Both the position numbers and the translations under genes were made by a program. This document shows positions 48,343 through 58,105 of a DNA stretch of 64,000 bases, piece by piece; position 1 is the stretch's first letter; every line of letters starts with the position of its first letter. Below the pieces are notes generated by a model. The model did no database searches, had not been told where the DNA came from, and saw nothing but the letters and a program-made list of their open reading frames with translations. Location of the stretch: contig OZ024742.1 of NCBI GenBank assembly GCA_964016885.1, positions 85,312,001 through 85,376,000 of the forward strand, given 5' to 3'. This DNA comes from Eledone cirrhosa (Eukaryota).

Positions 48343-48602
48343 TTTCTTTATTAACCACAAGGGTTTACATAAAGTAGACATTAAGGACAGTGCAGGACAA
48401 TGCAGGACGGTACAAATGGGCATTTCTGCGTGTAAAAAAACAAAAACAGAGGATGTAACAAAAATAACAATGAAAATAACAATGAAAAATTCCCCAATAG
48501 GGGGGAGACTTCGGAGGGACATTTGTGGAGAAAGCCCAGTAAAAAGCCACAATGACCCTGACCACCAAGGCAAGTGCCCTCTCCCAGTTTTCCACCTTTA
48601 GT

Positions 48603-51600
48603 TTACAGATATATACTCAGAGTCGGCCCATTCACTCGGGCCATTCTTGCTTCTCTCACCCATCTTTCAACAAAATGCTGGGAAGAGAGCACTTCCTTCT
48701 CTACTCTGATTTTCCTTTTCAAATGAAATTTGAAAAAGTCAATCAGAGCATCACCGAAGAGGTAAGTGCTCGTCTTCAGCCCTTTCAAACGTGTCCACCA
48801 TACTATCTCTTTCGCCATGGCCACCAGACAGATAAAAACTGCCTGCCCTTCCCGGCTAAAGGAGGAGGGCGGGGCAATCCTCACGATAGACTCAGATGAT
48901 AGCTGGATCCGTCCTAAACGCGACAGCAGGTGTTCGACATAAACCCACAAGTCAGCAATTTTCGGACACTGGACGAGTGCGTGCAGGACGGTTTCGTCGC
49001 CCTGCGCGCATCTCGGACATGCCCGGCTGACGGCACCTCCATGCCTGTAGAGTTTATCCCGAACTGGCAAGGCTCCTCGGTAGCACTGCCAGGCCAGAGA
49101 TTTCTGGAAGTTGTCCATAGGCCCTGGCCCGAAAGTTCTTCCGAAGAGATTGGCTAGTTGATTTTCGTCGACGCCTAGAGTTTCCCCAAGTACGTCGTCG
49201 CTCTTCCCCTCCACTAATCCTCTATAGAACGCCGAGGTGGAGTTTCCACCGATCACATTGCCCGATTGGTCGAGGGCTGTGAGCGCCTGAAGACATTCCA
49301 GTCTCCAGGCGCTCCCTCTCGGTCTTCGCTTGACCCAGGACTGCAGCTCCGTCAAGGAAACGAGCTGGGGAAAAACGCGTCTAGCAAACGGCGACCACAC
49401 CTGATCACCGTCGAGGAAGAGGTGGAGATGTCGTAGCCTGAGCGCGTGCCTGCGCATCATCAGCCACGGCATGCCCAGCCCTCCACGTAGCGGGTGTTGA
49501 CAACAGATGGACCGCCTGACCATCGGAGCACGTCCCTTCCACAAAAAGCGAAAGAGCAAACGCTCCAGCGCAGTCAGGCGAGGCTTAGGACAAGGTACGA
49601 CGGTTAGGCGGTAGCAGATGACAGACGCGATGTACGCGTTAGCCACCTCCGCTCGACCTTTCAGGGATAGCTTCCTCTCCGCCCATTTCTGGGTGAGAGA
49701 AGCCACCCTGCTCGTCACCTCGTCCCAGTTTTTGTCCGTCTGGAGGTCCGGACCGAACCAGACCCCTAGCAATTTAACCGGTCCGTCCGTCCAGCGCCCG
49801 ACGACGCTGTTGGACGGCATGGACCTGCCTCTCCAGGTGCCGAGCTGCAGGCCCACTGACTTTTCCTGGTTGATCATTGCTCCTGTCACCGCTTCGTATT
49901 CTCTTAGTGTAGTGCCGATCGCCTCGATGTGTTTGGCGTTCGACACCACTACGGTGACATCGTCCGCATATGCTGACACGGATCTTCCGCATCCTAGTTC
50001 GCGCGGGACCCCCCTCAACGTCTCCAGTTTGTGCAGTAATGGCTCGAGAGTCAATACGTACAAGAGGGACGAGAGGGGACATCCTTGGCGGACCGAGCGC
50101 ATGATGTTGAACGGTTCCGACAGGTGACCGTTCACTCTCACCACAGAGCAGATGTCGCTGTGCATGGCAGCGATCCAGCCTCTGAAGACGGGCCCAAAGC
50201 CAGCCGCCCTCAGGACTGCCGCTAGGTAACGATGGTCGACCCTATCGAAAGCTTTCGACAGATCTAAATTGATCAAGGACCCACCCGTGCCAGGTTCCCT
50301 AGCTACCCTCTCTACGATGTATCGCATGAGGTGGAGGTTGTCGTGGATGGATCTGTCGGGAATGGCGCATGTCTGCGCCTCTCCCACCAGACCACCAACG
50401 ACAAGCGCCAACCTCTTTGCTAGCACCTTGGCCAAAATCTTAAACTCTGTGTTTAGCAGAGTTATGGGCCGGAAATTTTCTATGTTATCCCCCTTGTTCG
50501 GATCCTTTCTCAGCAGTGCCACCGCTCCTCGGCTCACAGAACTGGGAATTCTCCCGTTCTGTTGCCAGTTGCAGTAGACGTCCGCCAAGAGGCCTCCGAA
50601 CAAGTCTGGCATCTGTACGTAAAGTTCATAGGGCAGACCATCCAAACCAGGCGATTTACCCCTTGTGCAGCCAGTCATTGCCTCCCGTACTTCAGCGGCT
50701 GTTATCGGCTTTTCGCAACACTTCGCCTCAGTGGCCGAGAGCCGCGGCAGTCCGTCGAGGTAGACACTAAAGTCCATCCCTCTACCCGGCCCCCCGCTGC
50801 CCCCGAACAGCTAAGCGAAGTGTCGCTGAAAAGCTTCACACATTTGCCCGGGATCGAGTAGCATGCGCCCGTCGTGGTCCACCAAAGACCGGATCGTGGC
50901 TTTGTTGCCACGACGCGCCTCCGCCACTCGGGCCCATTGAACGGCTTTCGTCCCCTCGTGTCTGAGAGCACGCACCCTAGCTCTGACAACGCAGCCTTCG
51001 TGCTTTGCATTGAAGAATTGGTCAAGGGCCAATTTCGCCGCAAGCACGTCGGTCGCAATGCCTTTGCTAAGCGCCTCGTCTAATTTTCTAACTAGTTCTC
51101 CCTCTGCTCTATTTTTCTCTATTGCTAAAGCCTTACTAAACCTAATCGATTCTATTCTAATCGCTCTTTTCAGAGCAAACCACCACTTGTTGTTGACGAT
51201 GGCCCCCGTCAACGCCCGCTTAACTAGTTCGCTAATCCGGTCTCTGTAGGCCTTGCGCGCTGGTAAGGACGCGTTTAGCTTCCAGTAGCCGGGTCCTCGT
51301 CTATGAAGCCTATCTAAGTCAAGCACACAGGTCACGAATTTGTGGTCCGTGTAGCTGACTATCTTGAATTGTGGACAGCCTATGCTAGACCTATCTATTT
51401 CCCTACAAAATACTCTATCTAGATATGATCTGGATGACCCTATGCGGTTTGTCCAAGTCCACATTGGCACATTCGGGAAATCCAATCGGTACCTGTCAGA
51501 CAGTTCAAAACGCCTGAGCAGGTTGGTGAGGCTCTTGCACCCTCCACCCCTATCCGCTAATCCCACACAGTCCCAGCGTGCATCTAAGATCCCGTTCCAG

Positions 51601-52022
51601 TCGCCCACTAACACTAAAGAGCGCGACGTTCCAAGAAAGGTCTCCAGACGCCGGAAGAAATCAGGCCGCCCTGCTCCTGTCGGGGCATAGACGGCCACTA
51701 GCCTGAAAGCTTGCCCGTCTCCGCTGGTCACGTCCAGCACCACCAGCTTACCCTCTGGGTCCAGGAAGATGGCCCGTATGGCGAGATCCAAACCTCTCCG
51801 AAAAAGCACAGCAACTCCTCCACCCGATCCAGGACGGCTGGGAGATGCGTACACATCGTAGCCGCCGAAGATCGGTGCGAAGGCCCGTGCTTCGGAGATT
51901 CTGGTCTCGCTGATGGCCACTACATCTATGTTTAGTGACCTGAGGTCGTTGAGCAGGTGACCCTGCTTCCATGACGACCCCAAGCCACGCGCATTTATGC
52001 TGCCTATTCTGAGTGAGGTCAT
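48603..52022 (-). pseudogene. Tx1 ORF2 (APE + RT + C-terminal Cys/His motif) with Q404-stop
   Basis: TAG at 50813-50811 where the sister copy has CAG. Also DLSKAFD versus DQSKAFD. Confidence 0.9.
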
Positions 52023-52057
52023 GTTTAAAATAGAGTGGAAAAGATGGGAAAGACCAC

Positions 52058-54151
52058 TTACCGTACTTTTGGTAGAGGAGGGATGGTTTTTACATCCCTT
52101 TTCACTTGATCGTCTGGTGAAGGGACCGTTGAATCGTCCCTTCGGCTGGTCGTCGGCTCTTCTAAGAGAATGTCTGAATATACTCTTCGATTGATGGTTC
52201 CTCCTAGGTCCCTGAAATCACCAACTGCGTTGGGGAATTTCGTTTTAATGTTTGTGTATTGTTTCTGTGCTATTTTTAGCAGTCTTATGTTAGTTGGCGT
52301 TTTGATTGGTGCTGGTATTATGTAGTCCTGTTGTGAAATGTCTGTGTGTTCAATTATGTAAGTCATTAGTTTCTTGTTGTGTGTGTTTATTGCCGTGCAT
52401 TTGTTTTTCTGGGGGTGGGGTGTGGTTCTGCTATTTTCTTGTCGTTGTTGCTGGGTGTGTGTGTTTTGTTGTTGTGTTTGCGATGTTGGTGCTTGTGGTG
52501 GTGGTGTTGAAGGTGTTGTTGGCGGTGGGGTTGTCGCCGGTGGCGATGGTGGTGCTGGTGTGGGTGGTGATGGTGTTGGTGGTGTTGCTGCTGTGGGTCT
52601 CTTTGCAGTAGACCTTACCCTTTTCTCATTTCTTTCCTCCCTTTTCAAAGGCGACGATTCGCTGCTTCTGCGTTTGTGCCTTCTTGCGACCTTTTGCCAT
52701 CCCTCTCCCACCTCACACTCCATGTCTGATTCTGTAAGGTCGGGGAGGGGTACCAGCTCCACTCTTTCACTTGTTGTTGTTGGTGATGTTTGCACTGGAG
52801 TCTCTGTTGCAGCTGCATTTGGTATTGCTGTTGTTGTTGTTAATATTTCCACTGCTGCTGCTGTCTTTGATTTCCGTGGAGTGGGTATGGGTGCCACGGA
52901 CCTATCGTTCCTGGTTGCCGCTTGTCCTGTTGCTGGTAGCCGTGGAGCCGGATTCGGAAGGAGGGGGGTTTTCTCCTTTCTCAGGGTCTTCTCGTTGCAG
53001 AAGGCCCTGAGGTGAGTCTTCGATCCACAGCGAAAGCATTTCGGGCGTTTGCCCTCAACACTTATGGGCAGTTGAGTGCCGTTATCGAAGTCTATCACAT
53101 CCGGGATAGCTTCGATGCACTCCTGGTTGGTTTGGATTAGCATCTCAATGGAGGAGCCGACCCAATCTTCTCTTACTTTTTTCTGTACTTGCAGTACAGT
53201 TGTTTTGTCCTCGATTCCGACGAGGACAGACGCGGCCAGCCAAGAAGGGGTCATTCCGGGGGGGACGTGGGTCAGTTTGACCCTCACAATTTTTTGCCCG
53301 CAGTAGGAGGGCACCAACACCATTTCCTCGCTCCTTAGGGTCACTACTGATTGGGCCTTTGCCTCCTGGGGTGTGGCAAAAAGTACGTCTACGGTGGCGT
53401 ATTTTTTGCCTCGGGTGATGTGCGTTTTCCTCTGCCACACAGACCCCAAGGCTTTTTGTATTTGGGCCTCTGTGGCTCTTTCCACCCTACGGGATTTTGT
53501 ACTTACTGTACGGTACGTGACCGTACAGTGCTCTTGGGTCTCGAAAAACTTTTCCGCTGCCTTGCAGATTGCTCGGTGTCCGTTCTTTGTCACCATCTTC
53601 TTCGCTTCCTCTAATTCCTCATTTGTTATGAGGATTGTTTCCAAGTTTTTCGCAATACCTGCAAATGAGATTGGTTTTTCTCTGCTGTTGTTGTTGTCGT
53701 CAGAGCTGCTGGTACTTTTGTTGCTGCAGGTACTACGACTACTGCCTCCGCCGCTGTTGCTGTGGTTGTTGTTGGTGTTGCTGCTGCTAATGCTGTTGTT
53801 GTTTATGCTGCTGGTGATGCTGTTGCGGCTGCTACTGTTGTTTTCATTGTCACTGTTGCTGTTGTTATTACGGCTGCTACTGCTATTATTCCTGACGTCA
53901 GACGAATGAACTGGGTTTTCGTATTTCCCGCACACCTGTTTCGTCGCTGTCGTCGTCGTCGTGGAGAAACCTTGCACGCTTTGCACGAGACTTTTCTTTT
54001 CTTTCGTCGCTTGCGAAAGAGAAGGGAGGGAGAGAGACACATTTAAAGAAGGGAGGGAGAGAGACAATCTTCTCTCTGCTGTAGTGATGATTGAGGAAGA
54101 AGAAGACGGAATGAGTGGGAGTGACGTATGAAATTTCTTTTTGGTAGCCAT
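52058..54151 (-). CDS. Tx1 ORF1 (RRM-like region, CX2CX4HX4C knuckle, S/N- and P/T/Q-rich tracts)
   Basis: Open frame; first ATG at 54151 (MATKKK); CFRCGSKTHLRAFC. Confidence 0.88.
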   Translation of the reverse strand: MATKKKFHTSLPLIPSSSSSIITTAERRLSLSLPSLNVSLSLPSLSQATKEKKSLVQSVQGFSTTTTTATKQVCGKYENPVHSSDVRNNSSSSRNNNSNSDNENNSSSRNSITSSINNNSISSSNTNNNHSNSGGGSSRSTCSNKSTSSSDDNNNSREKPISFAGIAKNLETILITNEELEEAKKMVTKNGHRAICKAAEKFFETQEHCTVTYRTVSTKSRRVERATEAQIQKALGSVWQRKTHITRGKKYATVDVLFATPQEAKAQSVVTLRSEEMVLVPSYCGQKIVRVKLTHVPPGMTPSWLAASVLVGIEDKTTVLQVQKKVREDWVGSSIEMLIQTNQECIEAIPDVIDFDNGTQLPISVEGKRPKCFRCGSKTHLRAFCNEKTLRKEKTPLLPNPAPRLPATGQAATRNDRSVAPIPTPRKSKTAAAVEILTTTTAIPNAAATETPVQTSPTTTSERVELVPLPDLTESDMECEVGEGWQKVARRHKRRSSESSPLKREERNEKRVRSTAKRPTAATPPTPSPPTPAPPSPPATTPPPTTPSTPPPQAPTSQTQQQNTHTQQQRQENSRTTPHPQKNKCTAINTHNKKLMTYIIEHTDISQQDYIIPAPIKTPTNIRLLKIAQKQYTNIKTKFPNAVGDFRDLGGTINRRVYSDILLEEPTTSRRDDSTVPSPDDQVKRDVKTIPPLPKVR

Positions 54152-54650
54152 GTTTTTTTGTTTAAAATGAAATTTTGAGTACAAAACCCCAATAACTGGT
54201 TATTTAACCCCGAAGGGCCAAATAACGGACAGAAAGACCCCTCTCACGAGGAGGAGGGTGTCTTTATCAACAATTTGGTTCAAGTTTTAAACAATTTACA
54301 ATTGTTTTAACGGTTAAAAATTACTATACCTTACAGAGCCGAGCCTCCGTCAACCATGGCATTCAATAATAATAATAATAATAATAATGATTTCTTTATT
54401 AACCACAAGGGTTTACATAAAGTAGACATTAAGGACAGTGCAGGACAATGCAGGACGGTACAAATGGGCATTTCAGCGTGTAAAAAAACAAAAACAGAGG
54501 ATGTAACAAAAATAACAATGAAAATAACAATGAAAAATTCCCCAATAGGGGGGAGACTTCGGAGGGACATTTGTGGAGAAAGCCCAGTAAAAAGCCACAA
54601 TGACCCTGACCACCAAGGCAAGTGCCCTCTCCCAGTTTTCCACCTTTAGT

Positions 54651-57600
54651 TTACAGATATATACTCAGAGTCGGCCCATTCACTCGGGCCATTCTTGCTT
54701 CTCTCACCCATCTTTCAACAAAATGCTGGGAAGAGAGCACTTCCTTCTCTACTCTGATTTTCCTTTTCAAATGAAATTTGAAAAAGTCAATCAGAGCATC
54801 ACCGAAGAGGTAAGTGCTCGTCTTCAGCCCTTTCAAACGTGTCCACCATACTATCTCTTTCGCCATGGCCACCAGACAGATAAAAACTGCCTGCCCTTCC
54901 CGGCTAAAGGAGGAGGGCGGGGCAATCCTCACGATAGACTCAGATGATAGCTGGATCCGTCCTAAACGCGACAGCAGGTGTTCGACATAAACCCACAAGT
55001 CAGCAATTTTCGGACACTGGACGAGTGCGTGCAGGACGGTTTCGTCGCCCTGCGCGCATCTCGGACATGCCCGGCTGACGGCACCTCCATGCCTGTAGAG
55101 TTTATCCCGAACTGGCAAGGCTCCTCGGTAGCACTGCCAGGCCAGAGATTTCTGGAAGTTGTCCATAGGCCCCGGCCCGAAAGTTCTTCCGAAGAGATTG
55201 GCTAGTTGATTTTCGTCGACGCCTAGAGTTTCCCCAAGTACGTCGTCGCTCTTCCCCTCCACTAATCCTCTATAGAACGCCGAGGTGGAGTTTCCACCGA
55301 TCACATTGCCCGATTGGTCGAGGGCTGTGAGCGCCTGAAGACATTCCAGTCTCCAGGCGCTCCCTCTCGGTCTTCGCTTGACCCAGGACTGCAGCTCCGT
55401 CAAGGAAACGAGCTGGGGAAAAACGCGTCTAGCAAACGGCGACCACCCCTGATCACCGTCGAGGAAGAGGTGGAGATGTCGTAGCCTGAGCGCGTGCCTG
55501 CGCATCATCAGCCACGGCATGCCCAGCCCTCCACGTAGCGGGTGTTGACAACAGATGGACCGCCTGACCATCGGAGCACGTCCCTTCCACAAAAAGCGAA
55601 AGAGCAAACGCTCCAGCGCAGTCAGGCGAGGCTTAGGACAAGGTACGACGGTTAGGCGGTAGCAGATGACAGACGCGATGTACGCGTTAGCCACCTCCGC
55701 TCGACCTTTCAGGGATAGCTTCCTCTCCGCCCATTTCTGGGTGAGAGAAGCCACCCTGCTCGTCACCTCGTCCCAGTTTTTGTCCGTCTGGAGGTCCGGA
55801 CCGAACCAGACCCCTAGCAATTTAACCGGTCCGTCCGTCCAGCGCCCGACGACGCTGTTGGACGGCATGGACCTGCCTCTCCAGGTGCCGAGCTGCAGGC
55901 CCACTGACTTTTCCTGGTTGATCATTGCTCCTGTCACCGCTTCGTATTCTCTTAGTGTAGTGCCGATCGCCTCGATGTGTTTGGCGTTCGACACCACTAC
56001 GGTGACATCGTCCGCATATGCTGACACGGATCTTCCGCATCCTAGTTCGCGCGGGACTCCCCTCAACGTCTCCAGTTTGTGCAGTAATGGCTCGAGAGTC
56101 AATACGTACAAGAGGGACGAGAGGGGACATCCTTGGCGGACCGAGCGCATGATGTTGAACGGTTCCGACAGGTGACCGTTCACTCTCACCACAGAGCAGA
56201 TGTCGCTGTGCATGGCAGCGATCCAGCCTCTGAAGACGGGCCCAAAGCCAGCCGCCCTCAGGACTGCCGCTAGGTAACGATGGTCGACCCTATCGAAAGC
56301 TTTCGACTGATCTAAATTGATCAAGGACCCACCCGTGCCAGGTTCCCTAGCTACCCTCTCTACGATGTATCGCATGAGGTGGAGGTTGTCGTGGATGGAT
56401 CTGTCGGGAATGGCGCATGTCTGCGCCTCTCCCACCAGACCACCAACGACAAGCGCCAACCTCTTTGCTAGCACCTTGGCCAAAATCTTAAACTCTGTGT
56501 TTAGCAGAGTTATGGGCCGGAAATTGTCTATGTTATCCCCCTTGTTCGGATCCTTTCTCAGCAGTGCCACCGCTCCTCGGCTCACAGAACTGGGAATTCT
56601 CCCGTTCTGTTGCCAGTTGCAGTAGACATCCGCCAAGAGGCCTCCGAACAAGTCTGGCATCTGTACGTAAAGTTCATAGGGCAGACCATCCAAACCAGGC
56701 GATTTACCCCTTGTGCAGCCAGTCATTGCCTCCCGTACTTCAGCGGCTGTTATCGGCTTTTCGCAACACCTCGCCTCAGTGGCCGAGAGCCGCGGCAGTC
56801 CGTCGAGGTAGACACTAAAGTCCATCCCTCTACCCGGCCCCCCGCTGCCCCCGAACAGCTGAGCGAAGTGTCGCTGAAAAGCTTCACACATTTGCCCGGG
56901 ATCGAGTAGCATGCGCCCGTCGTGGTCCACCAAAGACCGGATCGTGGCTTTGTTGCCACGACGCGCCTCCGCCACTCGGGCCCATTGAACGGCTTTCGTC
57001 CCCTCGTGTCTGAGAGCACGCACCCTAGCTCTGACAACGCAGCCTTCGTGCTTTGCATTGAAGAATTGGTCAAGGGCCAATTTCGCCGCAAGCACGTCGG
57101 TCGCAATGCCTTTGCTAAGCGCCTCGTCTAATTTTCTAACTAGTTCTCCCTCTGCTCTATTTTTCTCTATTGCTAAAGCCTTACTAAACCTAATCGATTC
57201 TATTCTAATCGCTCTTTTCAGAGCAAACCACCACTTGTTGTTGACGATGGCCCCCGTCAACGCCCGCTTAACTAGTTCGCTAATCCGGTCTCTGTAGGCC
57301 TTGCGCGCTGGTAAGGACGCGTTTAGCTTCCAGTAGCCGGGTCCTCGTCTATGAAGCCTATCTAAGTCAAGCACACAGATCACGAATTTGTGGTCCGTGT
57401 AGCTGACTATCTTGAATTGTGGACAGCCTATGCTAGACCTATCTATTTCCCTACAAAATACTCTATCTAGATATGATCTGGATGACCCTATGCGGTTTGT
57501 CCAAGTCCACATTGGCACATTCGGGAAATCCAATCGGTACCTGTCAGACAGTTCAAAACGCCTGAGCAGGTTGGTGAGGCTCTTGCACCCTCCACCCCTA

Positions 57601-58070
57601 TCCGCTAATCCCACACAGTCCCAGCGTGCATCTAAGATCCCGTTCCAGTCGCCCACTAACACTAAAGAGCGGGACGTTCCAAGAAAGGTCTCCAGACGCC
57701 GGAAGAAATCAGGCCGCCCTGCTCCTGTCGGGGCATAGACGGCCACTAGCCTGAAAGCTTGCCCGTCTCCGCTGGTCACGTCCAGCACCACCAGCTTACC
57801 CTCTGGGTCCAGGAAGATGGCCCGTATGGCGAGATCCAAACCTCTCCGAAAAAGCACAGCAACTCCTCCACCCGATCCAGGACGGCTGGGAGATGCGTAC
57901 ACATCGTAGCCGCCGAAGATCGGTGCGAAGGCCCGTGCTTCGGAGATTCTGGTCTCGCTGATGGCCACTACATCTATGTTTAGTGACCTGAGGTCGTTGA
58001 GCAGGTGACCCTGCTTCCATGACGACCCCAAGCCACGCGCATTTATGCTGCCTATTCTGAGTGAGGTCAT
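54651..58070 (-). CDS. Tx1 ORF2, 1139 aa: apurinic-like endonuclease + reverse transcriptase + C-terminal Cys/His motif
   Basis: SINARGL, ISET, VYAP, GDWN, SYLDR, TDHK, YWKLN; KSPGLDGL, FRPITLLN, DQSKAFDRV, RQGCPLS, YADD, GGLG; CPRC...ETVLHALVQC. Confidence 0.95.
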   Translation of the reverse strand: MTSLRIGSINARGLGSSWKQGHLLNDLRSLNIDVVAISETRISEARAFAPIFGGYDVYASPSRPGSGGGVAVLFRRGLDLAIRAIFLDPEGKLVVLDVTSGDGQAFRLVAVYAPTGAGRPDFFRRLETFLGTSRSLVLVGDWNGILDARWDCVGLADRGGGCKSLTNLLRRFELSDRYRLDFPNVPMWTWTNRIGSSRSYLDRVFCREIDRSSIGCPQFKIVSYTDHKFVICVLDLDRLHRRGPGYWKLNASLPARKAYRDRISELVKRALTGAIVNNKWWFALKRAIRIESIRFSKALAIEKNRAEGELVRKLDEALSKGIATDVLAAKLALDQFFNAKHEGCVVRARVRALRHEGTKAVQWARVAEARRGNKATIRSLVDHDGRMLLDPGQMCEAFQRHFAQLFGGSGGPGRGMDFSVYLDGLPRLSATEARCCEKPITAAEVREAMTGCTRGKSPGLDGLPYELYVQMPDLFGGLLADVYCNWQQNGRIPSSVSRGAVALLRKDPNKGDNIDNFRPITLLNTEFKILAKVLAKRLALVVGGLVGEAQTCAIPDRSIHDNLHLMRYIVERVAREPGTGGSLINLDQSKAFDRVDHRYLAAVLRAAGFGPVFRGWIAAMHSDICSVVRVNGHLSEPFNIMRSVRQGCPLSSLLYVLTLEPLLHKLETLRGVPRELGCGRSVSAYADDVTVVVSNAKHIEAIGTTLREYEAVTGAMINQEKSVGLQLGTWRGRSMPSNSVVGRWTDGPVKLLGVWFGPDLQTDKNWDEVTSRVASLTQKWAERKLSLKGRAEVANAYIASVICYRLTVVPCPKPRLTALERLLFRFLWKGRAPMVRRSICCQHPLRGGLGMPWLMMRRHALRLRHLHLFLDGDQGWSPFARRVFPQLVSLTELQSWVKRRPRGSAWRLECLQALTALDQSGNVIGGNSTSAFYRGLVEGKSDDVLGETLGVDENQLANLFGRTFGPGPMDNFQKSLAWQCYRGALPVRDKLYRHGGAVSRACPRCAQGDETVLHALVQCPKIADLWVYVEHLLSRLGRIQLSSESIVRIAPPSSFSREGQAVFICLVAMAKEIVWWTRLKGLKTSTYLFGDALIDFFKFHLKRKIRVEKEVLSSQHFVERWVREARMARVNGPTLSIYL

Positions 58071-58105
58071 GTTTAAAATAGAGTGGAAAAGATGGGAAAG
58101 ACCAC

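Larger units (their letters stand above)
48341..54364 (-). mobile_element. Full-length young Tx1-clade element, family X, with one nonsense mutation in ORF2
   Basis: Near-identical to 54389-60397. (AAT)n on both sides. Confidence 0.93.
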
